NCBI RefSeq assembly: GCF_964355755.1
Contig: NC_092675.1
Span: 25,454,912-25,518,911, forward strand
Reading direction: 5' to 3'
DNA length: 64,000 nucleotides
Source of the DNA: Antedon mediterranea
Taxonomy: Eukaryota; Animalia; Echinodermata
Numbering within the stretch: position 1 is the first letter of the stretch; every line of letters begins with the position of its first letter. Below, one piece after another: positions 31,353-46,109 of the stretch. The notes below the pieces were generated by a model that made no database searches, was not told where the DNA came from, and saw only the letters and a list, made by a program, of their open reading frames with translations. The position numbers and the translations under genes are program-made.

Positions 31353-34300
31353 CTACTGGGTGAAGGCAGCATGAAGTAGGACATCTGTTACATTAGGCCG
31401 CTCTTTTGGATTGGAATCCAAACACCGCAGTACAAGATCACGAGCAGCTGGAGAAAGGCAGTCTGGGATTGGAGGTGGTCCATTTGCACTTGCGATCTAT
31501 GGAAGAAAATGAATAATCGTTATTTTGGAGAAAAAAGGGTAATTCTTGGCACAAGCATGTGGACTAGACATAAAATGTTAAAATAAATGTAGGTTGTTAT
31601 AATTTTTTATGACATTTAATATATATGTCATATAAAAACAGAATAGTTGATACTAACCTTGAAAATAAGTTTCAGATGATTTGATATAGCAGCAGCCCCC
31701 CATGGTGGTTTGGATGTTATCATTTCAATAACACAACACCCTGCACTCCATACATCACAAGCTCTGCCATATGTTTCGCCTTGCAGAACCTAAAAATACA
31801 CAAAAAATTGATAGGACTTGATATCACATTACATTCCAAGTTTGCTTAGAATTAATAAGATGCACAGTTCACACAAAAGCCTAATCTTGTAATACTGTAG
31901 TTTAAGGTTAGGCGAGTGTGGAGCTATTTCATGAGACTGACATGAGGGTTTTAGCCCCCAGCGGAGATCGTCATATTTTGTATTATTAACTATTTTTAAA
32001 GCATCTTTGCTTAATCTGTTTTAACCTAATCAGTGGACATAAGGAAAACGCTCCCCAAAAATTATTTCTGACTTATAAAATATGTCTATCCTTTACCTCA
32101 GGGGCCATAAAGGCTATTGTCCCGGTCAGTTGACCAGTGAACTCCCCAGCACCAGTGAGGTGTGATGCCATTTGAGCAGCTGTTCCAAAATCAGCTAAAC
32201 GGAGATGCTGACCAGTGCTGTCAACTAACAGATTAGCACCTAATAAAACAAAATTAGAAAGTTTGTCATGCATTTCATTACTTTTAGAATGGGAAATGAT
32301 TTATTTAATTCAAATTCTAAAAGGTGCATGCTAAACCATATTGCTTGTGGGTTTAGGATGATGACAGATGTTCTTTAACATTAGGATTGTACCTCTAACA
32401 AATTATTACAACTTAAAGAGCTATTTTGGTATGATTTCTTACCTTTCAAATCACGGTGGATAATGTGCTTTTTGTGAAGATAACCTAACCCTTTGAAGAT
32501 CTGCTTACAGTAGCCCATACAGACAGACTCCCGAAAAGCACCGAATGATGCCAGAATAGAGGCAATGGAACCACCAGGCATCCACTCTGTGAACATATTG
32601 AAATGGCCATTATGCTTGGTGGCACCGAGAAGTCGAACAATGTTTGGGTGATCCAGTTTCGAAAGCAAAGAAATCTCTTCAATCAAAGTGTCAACTACTT
32701 TGTCTTGTTCAGGAACTGTGTTGCGTATGAATGATACCTGGAATTAGAAAAAGAGGCTTTAAATTGTTAGCAATTTGTTTACAATGACCATTTTATAAGA
32801 ATGTATAAAAGTAGTGTCAAAACACTAAATAGCTTAAAACCTGTATATAATCCTTGAATTACCTGTTTGACAGCCATTATTGTTCCAGTCTGCATATCAC
32901 AGGCTTTATAACATGATGAGAATGCTCCCATTCCAATCAGTTCCCCACGGGACCAATGTTCACCTTCTATGTACTGGTCTTTAACAGCAATATTCTAGAA
33001 ATTTAAAATAATATAACAAATAATCTTAAAATGATTACATTTAAAAAGGTACACACTAGTACAGCAAAACTTTACAGTGGCAAACAATTATAAAACTTTT
33101 AATAATTAGTTAGCTTTCATTTTGTTTTTACACTTTATATATTTTATTATTTATACAAATTCAATATCTTTTTTCAAGTCAATACAATGTTACAAATTCT
33201 GAATGTAATAAATACCTCATTCCTTAAATGAATGACAATATCATTGTTGTCATTACTCAGAGTCAACCCTGGCACCACTGGTAGCATACTTTGTCCAAGA
33301 GAGGTCTCCAGAGCATTGGCAATAGCCTCTGCTTCTTCAATTTCCACTTTATCTTTACAACTACCAAACTTTAAAGATTTATCTTGGTACTTCAGTGATT
33401 CTGGAGATTGAGATGGAGTTGTTACTTCGGTCATGAATGTCACAGGTTTCTCGCTTGGTGACATCGGTGACAATGACAGGTCTGAAAAATCGCCAGTTGT
33501 TGTTTCGCTACAAGCACAGACATTTGTTGATGGTGACGTTGCTTGAGCCCCTTGTGGTGATGAACATCTCTTCCTTTCTTTACTGAATGAACGTTTTTTT
33601 GGAATGTTTAAGTGTGGCTTTTGTGATGTCTCCGAGTCCTTGCCATTAGGTTTTGTTCGTGTCTTGGAATTACTCCTTTGCTTTGATTGTGGAATTTTTG
33701 TTGCCTTTCTACAATTTCTTTGTCCATCATCAACACTTCCACAAGAGCACTGTGATACTTTTGATTGTCCATTTAATTCAGTCTTTTCCATTTTACTTTG
33801 AACACTGCTGTTAACCTGACAAATGTTAGAAGCCTTTTCATATACCTTTTCAAAATCATCAATTATTTTCCGTAAACGTTTTTGTAGTTTATCCCTGTCC
33901 CGAGGTTCAAGCTCTGCCATAAGGTCAATGACCTTATTGATCATTTCAATGTCATGAACAACACTACGTGACACAATTGTAAAAATTCTTCTTGCTAGTT
34001 TACTAACAATAATGTGTGAATGGCCAACAACGTTAAATATAAATTTCAACACTGTCAAAACATGTTCTTCACCGGAACCCTTTTCTGTGTTAAATGCAGA
34101 AGGAAACTTGACAAAGAGTTCGTTTATAGTGTTCAGTCGGCCTAACCACCACTGCCATCCAGTTCCATCCACCAACATTGTGGAGACAAAATAGTCCACG
34201 CACCAAATAGCAATCATTTCACTTTCTAAATAAAAACAAAACAAAAACATTCAATTTAACTAATGTAACATTGTTTAGATTTTGTTTAACAATGCTGCTC

Positions 34301-37300
34301 TACAAGATGGCATTTCTTTTCTTCTTTTCTACAAAAAGATAACCAACATAAAAAAATATATAACATAAATATCTTCAACCCATACCTTGGTTTTGAATTA
34401 GCCTACCAACAGCTAGTTCTCCTTCTTGACCTTTGCACAACTCCACAATTGCTGATACAGATAGTTGACTTGTTCGCCTTTAATTAAAGAAAAATAAATA
34501 CAAAATAAGGCTTATAATAAGCATATAACAATTAGACAATTACTTCAATAAGAAATCTAAAGAATATTTGTAGAATTTCTCACCTATTACTATCAGCACA
34601 TTTGATGAGAATAGCCTCGATTACAGATTTCAAATGCAATTGTAAAAGATGCTTCTTACTTTCTGTGTAACAAGTTTCATTCGAAATTATACAACGCAAC
34701 ATTTTCTAAGAGAAATAAAGAGAATAAAATTATGATACCAAATTAATGAGGTTGATTTGATTGTAAATACAAACAACTATTACTTCTGTTGTTTTTTGTT
34801 ATCTTGTATTTGATGTTAATAAAATTAATTAATTATAACTATATTGTTAGTAAATTTTGTTAGATTTTCAAGTTCAATATAACATTATTTTCCATTAAAT
34901 GATTACTACAGCAGTAAATCGTTTTCATTAATTACTAATGCTACTTCTATGACTGTTTTATTATGATTATTATAATATGTTAAATAGTAATTTATTATTT
35001 ATTAGGCATAATTGATTAATAATAGAAATCTGAATTACCAATGAGGACACATAGACTTTATACACTGGATCTTCACACATAACAGAAACAATATCAAAAC
35101 CGATTTTTGTGATTTCCTTTAATTCATTGTTATCGTTTCCAATAGCCTCGCTAGCACCTGCTTGGAGTACGCTCCTTATGTGATGACTTATCTGGTGTAA
35201 TGAAGCCTCACGCAACGACCAATCACGAGAGAAGAGTCCGCTGACTAGATCCTCACCAATAACCTATAAAGGAAGTAGGAAAAATGTAATAATTTGTATT
35301 TGTCTATATCTATTTTTAGTTATGACAAACATAGGTATCAATCAATATTTTAAACATCAAGACACACTCCATACCTTTGCCCAAGTTGTGTATTGGGCCT
35401 TGTACATAGCAGGAACATTACTATTAACCGTATCAATAGCTGTTAGCATCTGAGTAGGAGATGTTTGTCCAGCAACAGGCTCAGAAGTAATGGTTGAAGT
35501 ATCATCGCTGCTCAGTGGCACTGTCCATTTAATACGACAAAGAGGACAGCTTAAACTTTCATTTTCCTTACTACAATTTTCAGCCCCTTTAAACATAATA
35601 TAATACATAATTAGTTCAAACTCCAATACAAAATATACTAAAAAGTATAGAATTGTCATAAATTATGAAATGCTTACAAATCATAACACAGTGATGATGC
35701 AATCGGTTGTGGCAGCCATCTTGACAGATTACTAAACTTTCACCTTCGATCATTTCCAGAAGACAAATTGGACAGGTTTCTTCATGAACACTGCAAGTGA
35801 TAAATTAAAAATGATTTTAAAACAAAATACAGGTATACAAGTGTAGTTTATTGCAGTTTTTACTGTTTTAACAGAAGAAAAGAACTGAAGAATAAACGTA
35901 ACAAATGTATGAAAGAATTAGTATCGTGCCAACTTACTTCTGGTCACTACTGCATGATGATCTACTGTCCAGGCTGTCGGTGGATCCAGTCATCTCAAGG
36001 TTCTCTAGTGGGTTTGGTTCCTTTCTGTTGAGGTTAGGTTTCTTCAACTTCACCTTCCTTCGATCTAAATACCTTTGAACTAAATCTTCAACCTGTATGT
36101 TAAAAAAATGGTTATTCACAATATGATGATTTCTGTACATGGTGTTTTGCCTATATATTAAGGCACACTCTGAGAAATATTTAATACATACCTCATAATT
36201 TCTCAATGTCTTGCAAAGAAGTCTAGTATCATTCTCTTGAATTTGGAACATGCGTAACATCACGAACAACACATGCACACAAAATGGTCCTTTATTGCAA
36301 CTACATGTCTAAAAAATGTACAGAAATTTGTTCCACTAATCAAAGTCACGTATGAAAGGACATGCATGTTTAAGATATTCAGTCATAATACAATACCATT
36401 TCAGATGTTTTAGTCAAATAAATTGATTGACAAGCTGATTTTTATGTATTTGGTTGAATAAATGTTTATTTAAACTCACTAACTAACTAACCTGAGGTCC
36501 TACAACCACTTTGTACTTGTGATCTGGTGAGTCTCCACCAATGAGGAAGCATTTGGGACCAATTTGATGGAGGAGATAAAGACGAGCATGCAATGCCTTC
36601 TCAACCCTCTTCCTAAACACATCATCAGGTACAATCTGATTTCCCTCTGAATGAGGAGATGGCGTCCGACGAATTACAGTTGTTGGCGAAGATGGTCTGG
36701 AATTCTAATTTTTAAAAAAGGACACATTTATTTTATTTAAAATTTCAGTAATTATTATAAGCGAAAAGTAAAGTTACGGTGATATATATATTTAATATAA
36801 AAAGTATTCAATGTGTAATGAGACTTACTATAGGCGATGAGGCCCGTCGTCTGCCAATTCTTGGTGATGATGGAGACCCAGGCCTTCCATTTACAACTTG
36901 CTGTTTAAAGGGGGAATCTGACTGTGGGGAAGGGGATCGATGTTCGCCAATACCCACATTCAATCGTTCTATAGACCCAGCTGATGCCACCATAGTTGGC
37001 TTCACAACCTAATAGTAGTATATTTATATTCATATAATTCAAAAAGTTTAAATATTACTTTAATTTAGAATTGAATATTGTTATTCTATCTACACTGTAT
37101 TGTATTGGCCAATCAGAATGAGTATACGGTAGTAGTTAATGTTTCTTAACCACAGTCACATCCTGTAGGTCAGTCTCTACTGTAGACCTCCTTCTTCAAG
37201 TCTATCAGGGGAATTTAATTCATTGGATTTTCTGAGAAGAGTTAATAAATCATACATTATTATATTTAAAATTACCAAATAAATTTACCATTGGTCCCTT

Positions 37301-37426
37301 CATTTGCTTCTCTTTACATTCCTTTTTCTTCATGACTGGCATTGAGCGTAATTTTTCACGAATTTGCTGCGAATCCCAGCGTTCATTGCCACGGGATATC
37401 CACCGTGTATCCTTCTCAGGCATCAT
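31353..37426 (-). CDS. MAP3K1: Mitogen-activated protein kinase kinase kinase 1 (MEKK1): SWIM + RING/PHD + HEAT/TOG-like + kinase
   Basis: About 16 exons. QIREKLR...GPMVVKP; [54 protein letters not shown] (SWIM); CPICLLEM...[10 protein letters not shown]...CPLCR (RING); kinase [50 protein letters not shown]; TAG at 31353-31355. Upstream coding exons are not excluded. Confidence 0.96.
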
Positions 37427-38860
37427 ACTAGAAAGGGGGAAAAAGGTTAATCTGTTAAATCCTAAATTATCCACACGTCGAGAGTAATGGTAGGTCTAAA
37501 ATCGACTATTGAGAATATAGACTTACGAATTTCCAACAAATACTTAATGTAATAATAGAACCACGACTAATAGCAGTTTAATGGTGTAACAATGGACTTA
37601 ACTAATTACCGTTATAAGTCCTTGTGGTGTAACTGTAAATATTTGTTCCTTACTCTTACCACCATGTAATCATCAAACAATAGAGAAACAAAACAAACAC
37701 CTTTACTATCATACCTTCATTAAATCAATAATACAAGCTTCTTTACAGCAGCATGAAACCTTACACAACTCTTGCATTTTTTTGTAGGATAATTTGTGTA
37801 AAAAACAGCTCATAAAGAGTAATTTCAGTATCAATATGTTATGCCATAAAAGGTGTGTACTCGAGTAGATGTACTGTAGTTCGTAAATAGACGTATAGGA
37901 AACTAATAGTTTCCTGTCTCTATTGAAAGATTTATCATGTGACGAAAACAAGGATTACTTTTAATAGTGTACCCCAGTGTAGCACTGTTTGTTTCATGTA
38001 GAGTTTAGACAAACAATTGAATGTACTTTTAATTATGTGTTTCTTTTAAAAGGTTGCCAATGGCTAAACTATACATACGTCAGTGAAAGTTGTGAACAAT
38101 AACAATATTAAAGTTATTAAGTTGTAGGTTACCTCTAAAAAGGCTCTTGCTAGGCTGTGTTTTATTTTAAATTGATGTACCACTAAAAATGACTACACAG
38201 TACATTCTACAGTATATGGCGTGTACTGTACTGTGGTAATATTCTGTATGAACTTCTAATATAACATAAAAAGCAAGGCTTCACTGTACATTTGCGGATT
38301 ATCTTTATATAAACTCACCCTGCTACACTACACATAGCTGACATCTCTGACTAAATAAATTTCTCTGGTACCGCCCAAAATTCAAACATCAGGAGATATT
38401 TAAAAAACAAATTCCAACTGACAATTCAAAAGCTAAAGTAAACGTGCAGCCCTACTGTATGATGACTCATCCAACACGTGAACAAATTACGCGCCAAAAC
38501 CTTAGGTACAATGGTCAAGTTTACTTCATACAATTGAACAAATAAACTCCTACACAGACTAAAAACTACTGAAGTGTACCAAAACATGTCTTTGTCATTA
38601 TGGAACATAAAAATAAACAATGCAGTTTACAAGTTCTCTTAAGTTCTCTAATTGTTCAGTACTATTATTATTATGAGCAAATAAAATTAATAAATTTAAT
38701 AAAATTATTCTGATTCTTTATTATACACACAATCCAGGAAATAAATATTATCAATAATTCAATGTGTTTCAAATTGGGTTTTCTGATATTTATTTGGGAA
38801 AATTCAAATTTGATCGAGCTATAAAATTAAAGGAATTACATTTATTATACTTATAGTATA

Positions 38861-39882
38861 TGAAACGTTATTACTATATTTGTGATTCCTTATAAAGATC
38901 TGTAATAAATCAATCAATAAAGATTAAAAGCACGGACTATTTTAACTTCCTCTAACCAACTATCAATGATTGGTAGGCCTACAGTACAGTACTATAAAAA
39001 AGTTATAAATTCACAGTAAAACTAATATTAAAAGCATGGACTTTTACAGTATACTATTTTAACTTGCTTTTTTTCCAACTACTGTATCATATTGATTGGT
39101 ACATTAAACTTATTTGAGGAAGAGAAATTCAGAGAAGTTATAAATATCTAAAGGAAGTGAATGTGGAAGCGTGGGTAGGTTTAAATCTATACCCATTCCA
39201 ATTTCGCTACACGTCACTCTTAAATAAGGCACGTACGAAATGTGGAAATGATACATCATATTTCTATTTATGTTAATATTTGTTTAGTTTTTTTTTATGG
39301 AAATACAGACAAACCTAACAATAAAAAAAGTCTTCGCATCTTTTATAACCAACTACCTTAAAACGTGAAACGTTATTACTATATTTGTGATTCCTTATAA
39401 AGATCTGTAATAAATCAATCAATTAAGATTAAAAGCACGGACTATTTTAACTTTCTCTAACCAACTATCAATGATTGGTAGACCTACAGTACTGTACATG
39501 GTCACAGTACTATTAAAAAGTTATAAATTCACAGTAAAACTAATATTAAAAGCATGGACTTTTACAGTATACTATTTTAACTTGCTTTTTTTCCAACTAC
39601 TGTATCATATTGATTGGTACATTAAACTTATTTGAGGAAGAGGAGAAGAGAAATTCAGAAGTTATAAATATCTAAAGGAAGTGAATGTGGAAGCGTGGGT
39701 AGGTTTAAATCTACCCATTCCAAATTCGCTACACGTCACTCTTAAATAAGGCACGTACGAAATGTGGAAATGATACATCATATTTCTATTTATGTTAATA
39801 TTTGTTTAGTTTTTTTTTATGGAAATACAGACAAACCTAACAATAAAGAAAGTCTTCGCATCTTTTATAACCAACTACCTTA
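38861..39882. repeat. Recent ~500-bp tandem duplication
   Basis: 38861-39360 and 39366-39882 are near-identical apart from small indels; 5-bp spacer. Confidence 0.95.
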
Positions 39883-40849
39883 CACATGGTGACGTGTGTT
39901 CGTTGTAACAATGGTTGCTAGGGCGATCACAGTGTCAAATCAATAACAATTCATAATTATGGATTCTTGCCAACTCAAGAAAGAACAACACTCATAATTT
40001 CATTTCCAATTTGCTTGTAATTTTATCTGCCAATAGTGTGATATAATCTTATTTGTTGAATCCACTGGAGTGGATGATTTTATTAATATTTACCCATCAA
40101 ATGTGTGACTTATGGTACTTAACTGTAAAACTTAAATGAAATTAGACTTGTTCTTACAATGTATCAATTAGTAAGCAAAACATTGTGTGTTGTTAATGTT
40201 AGATTAATTAACAAGAATATTCCACACAAGAATAATTGAACTATTGCAGTAATATCATGGAATACTATAGGTACTGTATAATGTTTAAATTCTTATTCTG
40301 TTTTATATTTTGTTTTTTATTTATTTTGATTATTATTTATTTCGAATAATTAATAACAAAATCTACAGACGTATTAAATAATAATTAATTATTAATTAAT
40401 TAAATTATTTATTATATTATTGAAATATCTATTAAGAATTACCAACTTGAATGTTTTAGTGTATTTTATGACGATACTGTTAATATGCACATTTGATAAG
40501 TGTGTTAATATTACATACTTGTAACTGTACAATACAGCAAAAACATGTCATGTTGACATTAGTTACTGTACAACATGACTCAACTACACAACACATGCTG
40601 TATATTGCCGTGAGGCGTTGTACAATATTTGTATTGTAAATCACAACTTAAGTCGTACATACAAATTAGCTAAGGTATACATTTAAATAATATTCATGAA
40701 TTAATATACAGAGACCATTATCGAAATTAAAAATCTATTTTCAAATTCTACTTAAATATTTAAACCAATAATAGTAAGTACTAGGCCAATAAACTACAAA
40801 TGTTTATTGAAAAGATCTCTAATGGATCGAATATGTTACAAACATATCA

Positions 40850-40904
40850 TTTAATTTTCTCTGCAATTTATCCTACTGTATGATAAATTGCAGAGAAAAT
40901 TAAA
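40850..40904. repeat. 55-bp near-perfect palindrome
   Basis: TTTAATTTTCTCTGCAATTTATC-ctactgtat-GATAAATTGCAGAGAAAATTAAA. Confidence 0.85.
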
Positions 40905-40958
40905 AAGATAAGTATGTCAGTATTCGTATTATAGAATATGTTGTAAACCTTTAAATAA

Positions 40959-41001
40959 AGGCCAATTTACACAAACAGGCGATAAAAAGGTAAATTGGCC
41001 T
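40959..41001. mobile_element. 43-bp Tourist-like mini-MITE
   Basis: TAA-AGGCCAATTTAC...GTAAATTGGCCT-TAA. Confidence 0.65.
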
Positions 41002-42270
41002 TAATTTATCCATAGGCAAGATACTTACGTTTGCCCGTCTCCACCCAGGTGTATAAATGAATACAGGTCAACCCGTACCCATGCCAACTCGTACCCACCA
41101 ACTCGTACCCAAATTTTGGCTTACTCGTACCCAAAATTTTGGCTCACCCGTACCCATCATTGGCTAACCCGTACCCATCATTGGCTGGCCCGTACCCAAG
41201 TTTAATGCTATTTAAAGTATATTTATATAGGCCTATTACAGTTAAACCCAGTTTTATTACATTTTTAGATCATATGTTCGATATTACAATGGCAAAAACT
41301 ATTTACCTAAGTATAATTTATGTACAGACTCGTACGAAAAAAGCACAGCTTTCATCGTATTTGGGTCGTAGTTAAATTAATACTTGAGGGCGTTGTTTTA
41401 CATGGAAGATGTCAGTGGTCGGCTGTGCTGCATTCTATTTTTTTTTTCATTTTTGAATAGTTATTGATCTATTATTTACTACGAATAGCCTGTACACACT
41501 TTTCATTTTATTTTACAGATAATGAAGTAATGTGCTTTTTGAAAATCGTTTTAAAAATGGTTTTTGTTGTTTTGTTTTGCAAGTTTTGTTTTAACATTTC
41601 GAAAACATTTTTAAGTAGTCACTCGTATTTTTAAAATCACGAAACTATTTAAGTGGATACCAGCCTCATTTTTGCTGCTAAGGACCATTTTAGAATAATG
41701 AATCTAAGTAGATTATTGCCGTTTTTAAAACAAATTCCCTAGGACATGATGGATGTGAGAATACTATAAAAGGTAACCTCCAATAATTTAACATTTAATT
41801 ACTAACGACGACATTTGCTGTTATTACGTTTTCATTTTATAATGATTATTACTGTATTATTATGACTAAAAACCGAAATAAAATACTACTAAAACTAAAA
41901 AAAAAATCATCTTATCGCTGACAGATACGTATGTACAGACACGTGTAGGTAGGCCTTCAGAACGTTTATATTATTTTAGTAAATAAGACGACATCCGTTG
42001 CCATGGAAAAACGAGTGTGGGTCATTTATTTGTAGAATATTATAGAATGCGTATTTTTTTTTAAAAGGGAATCCCTTGTCAGCAAAAACACGTAGCTGTT
42101 ATTGAGGAAACATCTACCAAAAATGTTTAATTGCTGTAAACAAACAGATAATTTTACTGAATTATTTAAGAAAAAAAAAATAGAAAACGATCGTACGCCA
42201 CATTGCGTTGTCTATTTTTTTTTACACACTGTAGCTGTTATAGAAGAAAATCTGCCAAAAATGTTTAATT

Positions 42271-43337
42271 GCCTTAAAGTACGTGTATATGATCATTTCA
42301 CTGAATTATTGATAAATAAAATATATGGAAAACGATCATACGTCATTACTGAGTCGTCTCTTTGACGCCCTATAAATGCGTGTTTTTTTGTAATAAAAGG
42401 TTAATCCCGGTCAGCAAAAACACGTAACACGAAATCTACGCCCCATAGCCCCGCAGGCCTTACAGTACGTGTATATGATCATTTCACTGAATTATTAATA
42501 AATAAAATATATGGAAAACGATCATACGCCATTACTAAGTCGTCTCTTTGACACCATATAAATGCGTGTTTTTTTGTAATAAAAGGTTAATCCCGGTCAG
42601 CAAAAACACGTAACACGAAATCTACGCCCCATAGCCCTGCAGGCCTTACAGTACGTGTATATGATCATTTCACTGAATTATTAATAAATAAAATATATGG
42701 AAAACGATCATACGCCATTACTAAGTCGTCTCTTTGACACCCTATAAATGCGTGTTTTTTTGTAATAAAAGGTTAGTCCCGGTCAGCAAAAACACGTAAC
42801 ACGAAATCTACGCCCCATAGCCCTGCAGGCCTTACAGTACGTGTATATGATCATTTCACTGAATTATTAATAAATAAAATATATGGAAAACGATCATACG
42901 CCATTACTAAGTCGTCTCTTTGACACCCTATAAATGCGTGTTTTTTTGTAATAAAAGGTTAATCCCGGTCAGCAAAAACACGTAACACGAAATCTACGCC
43001 CCATAGCCCTGCAGGCCTTACAGTACGTGTATATGATCATTTCACTGAATTATTAATAAATAAAATTATATGGAAAACGATCATATACGTCATTAATGAG
43101 TCATCTCTTTGACGCCCTATAAATGCGTGTTTTTTTTATAATAAAAGGTTAATCCCGGTCAGCAAAAACACGTAACACGAAATCTACGCCCATAGCCCTG
43201 CAGACTTTACAGTACGTGTACATGATCATTTCACTGAATTATTAATAAATAAAATATGGAAAACGATCATACGTCATTTTTTTTTTATAATAAAAGGTTA
43301 ATCCCGGTCAGCAAAAACACGTAACACGAAATCTACG
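42271..43337. repeat. 186-bp tandem satellite, ~5.7 copies, inside the transposon
   Basis: Unit starts at 42271, 42457, 42643, 42829, 43015 and ~43204; degenerate relatives at ~41950-42270. Confidence 0.95.
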
Positions 43338-43447
43338 AGTAATTCGACTCCATAGCCCTGTGGGCTTTTTGATTAAAACAGGGCGTCGTTAATTCAACCA
43401 ATTTTAAATATACCAATACAATAGAAACAATAATTACTTGATCGAAT

Positions 43448-43467
43448 CATGGAGGTATACCTCCATG
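43448..43467. mobile_element. 20-bp perfect palindrome CATGGAGGTATACCTCCATG with 7-bp TSD
   Basis: ATCGAAT is repeated at 43441-43447 and 43468-43474; same TIR as 13200-13228. Confidence 0.75.
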
Positions 43468-44125
43468 ATCGAATGTAATCAGGGAAGATAATTAGGTGAT
43501 AAGAATAAAAAAGTATAAAAATGATACGTTATTGGTTATTTACCTGGGCTTAATTGAATTGTAATACTATACAACAGTAAAAATATTTTTTTATTAATTA
43601 ATGTTCTTACGTAAATAAATAAAAAGACACATCAAACATACGTTTATAAAACTATAATACTACATTTAAATAAATGTTAACAAATATATGCCTAATTAAA
43701 CGAAGTTTACAATCAAATCAATGGTCATTTTTATTAGCACACATTTCACCGAGACCTGTAAAATAAAAAAAAACAATTTAAATATAAAAATATTCATACG
43801 TCAAAAGCATACCACTAGTTTTGCGCCGATCAAATCATTACAAGTAGGCCTAATTATTCAAATTGGGTACGAGTAGTCCAAATAATGGGTACGAGTAAGC
43901 CAAATAATGGGTACGAGTAAGCCAAATAATGGGTACGAGTAAGCCAAATACTTGGGTACGAGTAAGCCAAATATTTAGGTATGAGTTGGCATGGGTACGA
44001 GTTGGTTTGGGTACGGGTTAGCCAAAGTGGGTACGAGTTGACCAATTATTTGGGTACGGGTTAGCCAAGTTGGGTACGAGTTGGCATGGGTACGGGTTGG
44101 TTTGGGTACGGGTTGACCAGCACCC

Positions 44126-44305
44126 GTATAAATGGGTACCCGGTTAGATCAAGAAACCACTTCGTGCTGATTACACAGTAGCTGCATTATGGGAGTATGT
44201 TTCCATATGTGTTTGATACAAAAAAATGAGTGGGGTAATAATGTTCAGCGCTTAGAGGTTTCACAACATTAGGCGCTATATAAATCCAGGATATTACTAT
44301 TATTT
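44126..44305 (+). mobile_element. 3' part of a SINE (5' part at ~41012-41058) split by the DNA transposon
   Basis: Removing 41059-44125 and one TSD restores CTCCACCCAGGTGTATAAATGGGTACCCGG, a common metazoan SINE core motif; L2-like tail AGCGCTTAGAG...AGGCGCTATATAAAT...(TAT)n. Confidence 0.7.
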
Positions 44306-46109
44306 GCTAATGATATATAATAAATGATCTAAACATAATTTTTTTCTTATTTTTTCAATTTACTCTTTAAAAGACACCAAACTCATCCAAACCAATGTAC
44401 AAAATTGCTTTTTTTTTTTGCATTTATATTTGTTAGTTATCTCTATAATTTATAACAGAAATATGGTCTCAATTTGTGTCTTTTATTTTACATTGGTTTG
44501 AAGGAATAAAGAAATTAAATTCGGTCAGCATCCCAGTAAAAATTTAATTGACATTTTAAGTGTTGGATATCAGCTGCAATATCCAAGCTAACAGGTGTTA
44601 ATATTTTGTTTTGAAAAGTAAGAATCCTAATTCTGTCATGAAACATGAATCAACACATGATCTAAATAAAAATGCATAAATATGCTGTGTGCAAACAACC
44701 ACCGGTAGGTCTGTGTTGTGGTATCATTTCAAGAACATAATGTGATCATTAATTCATTTATTTTCCAGAAAGAGAATACAATTATACAGTAGTAACAAAC
44801 ATACATTGAATACATACAGAAAAATAAAACTGAAACCAGTCTGAAAGATTGTATAAAAGTGATAAAAAAAAAATACTAATGTATAAAAGTATATTCTTCT
44901 TCTTCAGCCAGCAAATTATAATTATGATTTACACATTTTAATCAAACTTTAATTTTCAAATATGCATCTTCATGTTTTACTGTACAGCCAGTAGGCAAAT
45001 TAATTTATGAATTTAATAACTGCAAAGGTAGGTAGGAAGCTAAAAAAATGTTTTATTAAGTAAATTAAAAATTAACTCTCTAAAAAAATAATTAATTCAG
45101 ATAATGTATTACTTCGTACTTAACTGTTGAATCGCCTAAAGGTAGATTAACAGTAAATTTAGATAGGCAATCAAACGAATATGCAAAAAAGTGAAAACTC
45201 TAAGCAAAGAGTGACGCATAATGGACAGTGCATTGCTCTGTCTCAGTACAAACAACTTTATTGAGCTGAGTGAAGGGGACCATCCCCAGTCTTTATTCTG
45301 CTCAGTATAAAAGCCTTTAGAATTCAAATTTATATGTAAAATGAATTATTTATTGAGCAATAAACAAATGAGCCATAAACCATTGTGTGATGTTTCATTA
45401 AAATTTGATAAAAAAATTATTTAAATTATATACACATTGATATGAATAGTATCAATTACTGTATTCAATTCTACAATATAGTACAGTATACAGTATTTCC
45501 AACGATATACTGTACTGTAGGTTACAGTACAAGTATATAAATAAATAAATTCAAGAGACTATTTTATAGTACAGTATGATACTCTAATAGAAAATATAAT
45601 ATATTCATTAAATGTTATTTCACCAGGGTGTAGCCATGCATTATCAAACTAAGGTCTAAATATTAGTCCACACTTAATGTCAACCTTGCTAGAAACTTAG
45701 TTTAGATTAGTAGCAGATGGAATTAATTGGTGTTATGCAGCTAAAACGCAATACAAATTGCGTTGCCAAGTAGTGTCGTCATGGTAAACAATAAAGCCGA
45801 ACGACGCATTGAATTGACTAAATTAGCTATAAACAGTGGTTGAGTATATACGCTGTGATGATGAAAAATTCAGGAGGGAATGTATTAGAAAAAAAAAAAT
45901 TTTCTAATTACATTTTATAGTATTCAATATTAATAAGCAATGATGAGATGATGCAATAAGCAGTTAAATATCTAATAAAGTTATATTTTGGAAATTTTGT
46001 CATGTAATTTTTAATGTGACTCTTATGTAGGGTGTGGTTTATGGTTGGTGTTGCGTTTTTAAAAATTGAAGTGCATAAGTTTTTGTCATGATAATTATGA
46101 TCATGATGA

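Larger units (their letters stand above)
41059..44125. mobile_element. Non-autonomous DNA transposon with subterminal repeat arrays
   Basis: Ends GAATACAGGTCAACCCGTACCC / GGGTACGGGTTGACCAGCACCC; arrays of AAC(C/T)CGTACCCA units at 41066-41198 and inverted at 43864-44118; GTATAAAT duplicated at 41051-41058 and 44126-44133. Confidence 0.85.

Noticed and set aside
43864-44118. Short repeats GGGTACG(A/G)GT with variable spacers, superficially CRISPR-like
   Set aside because: Spacers are only a few nt and not unique, the array is mirrored at 41066-41198 as transposon subterminal repeats, and the context is eukaryotic with no cas genes.
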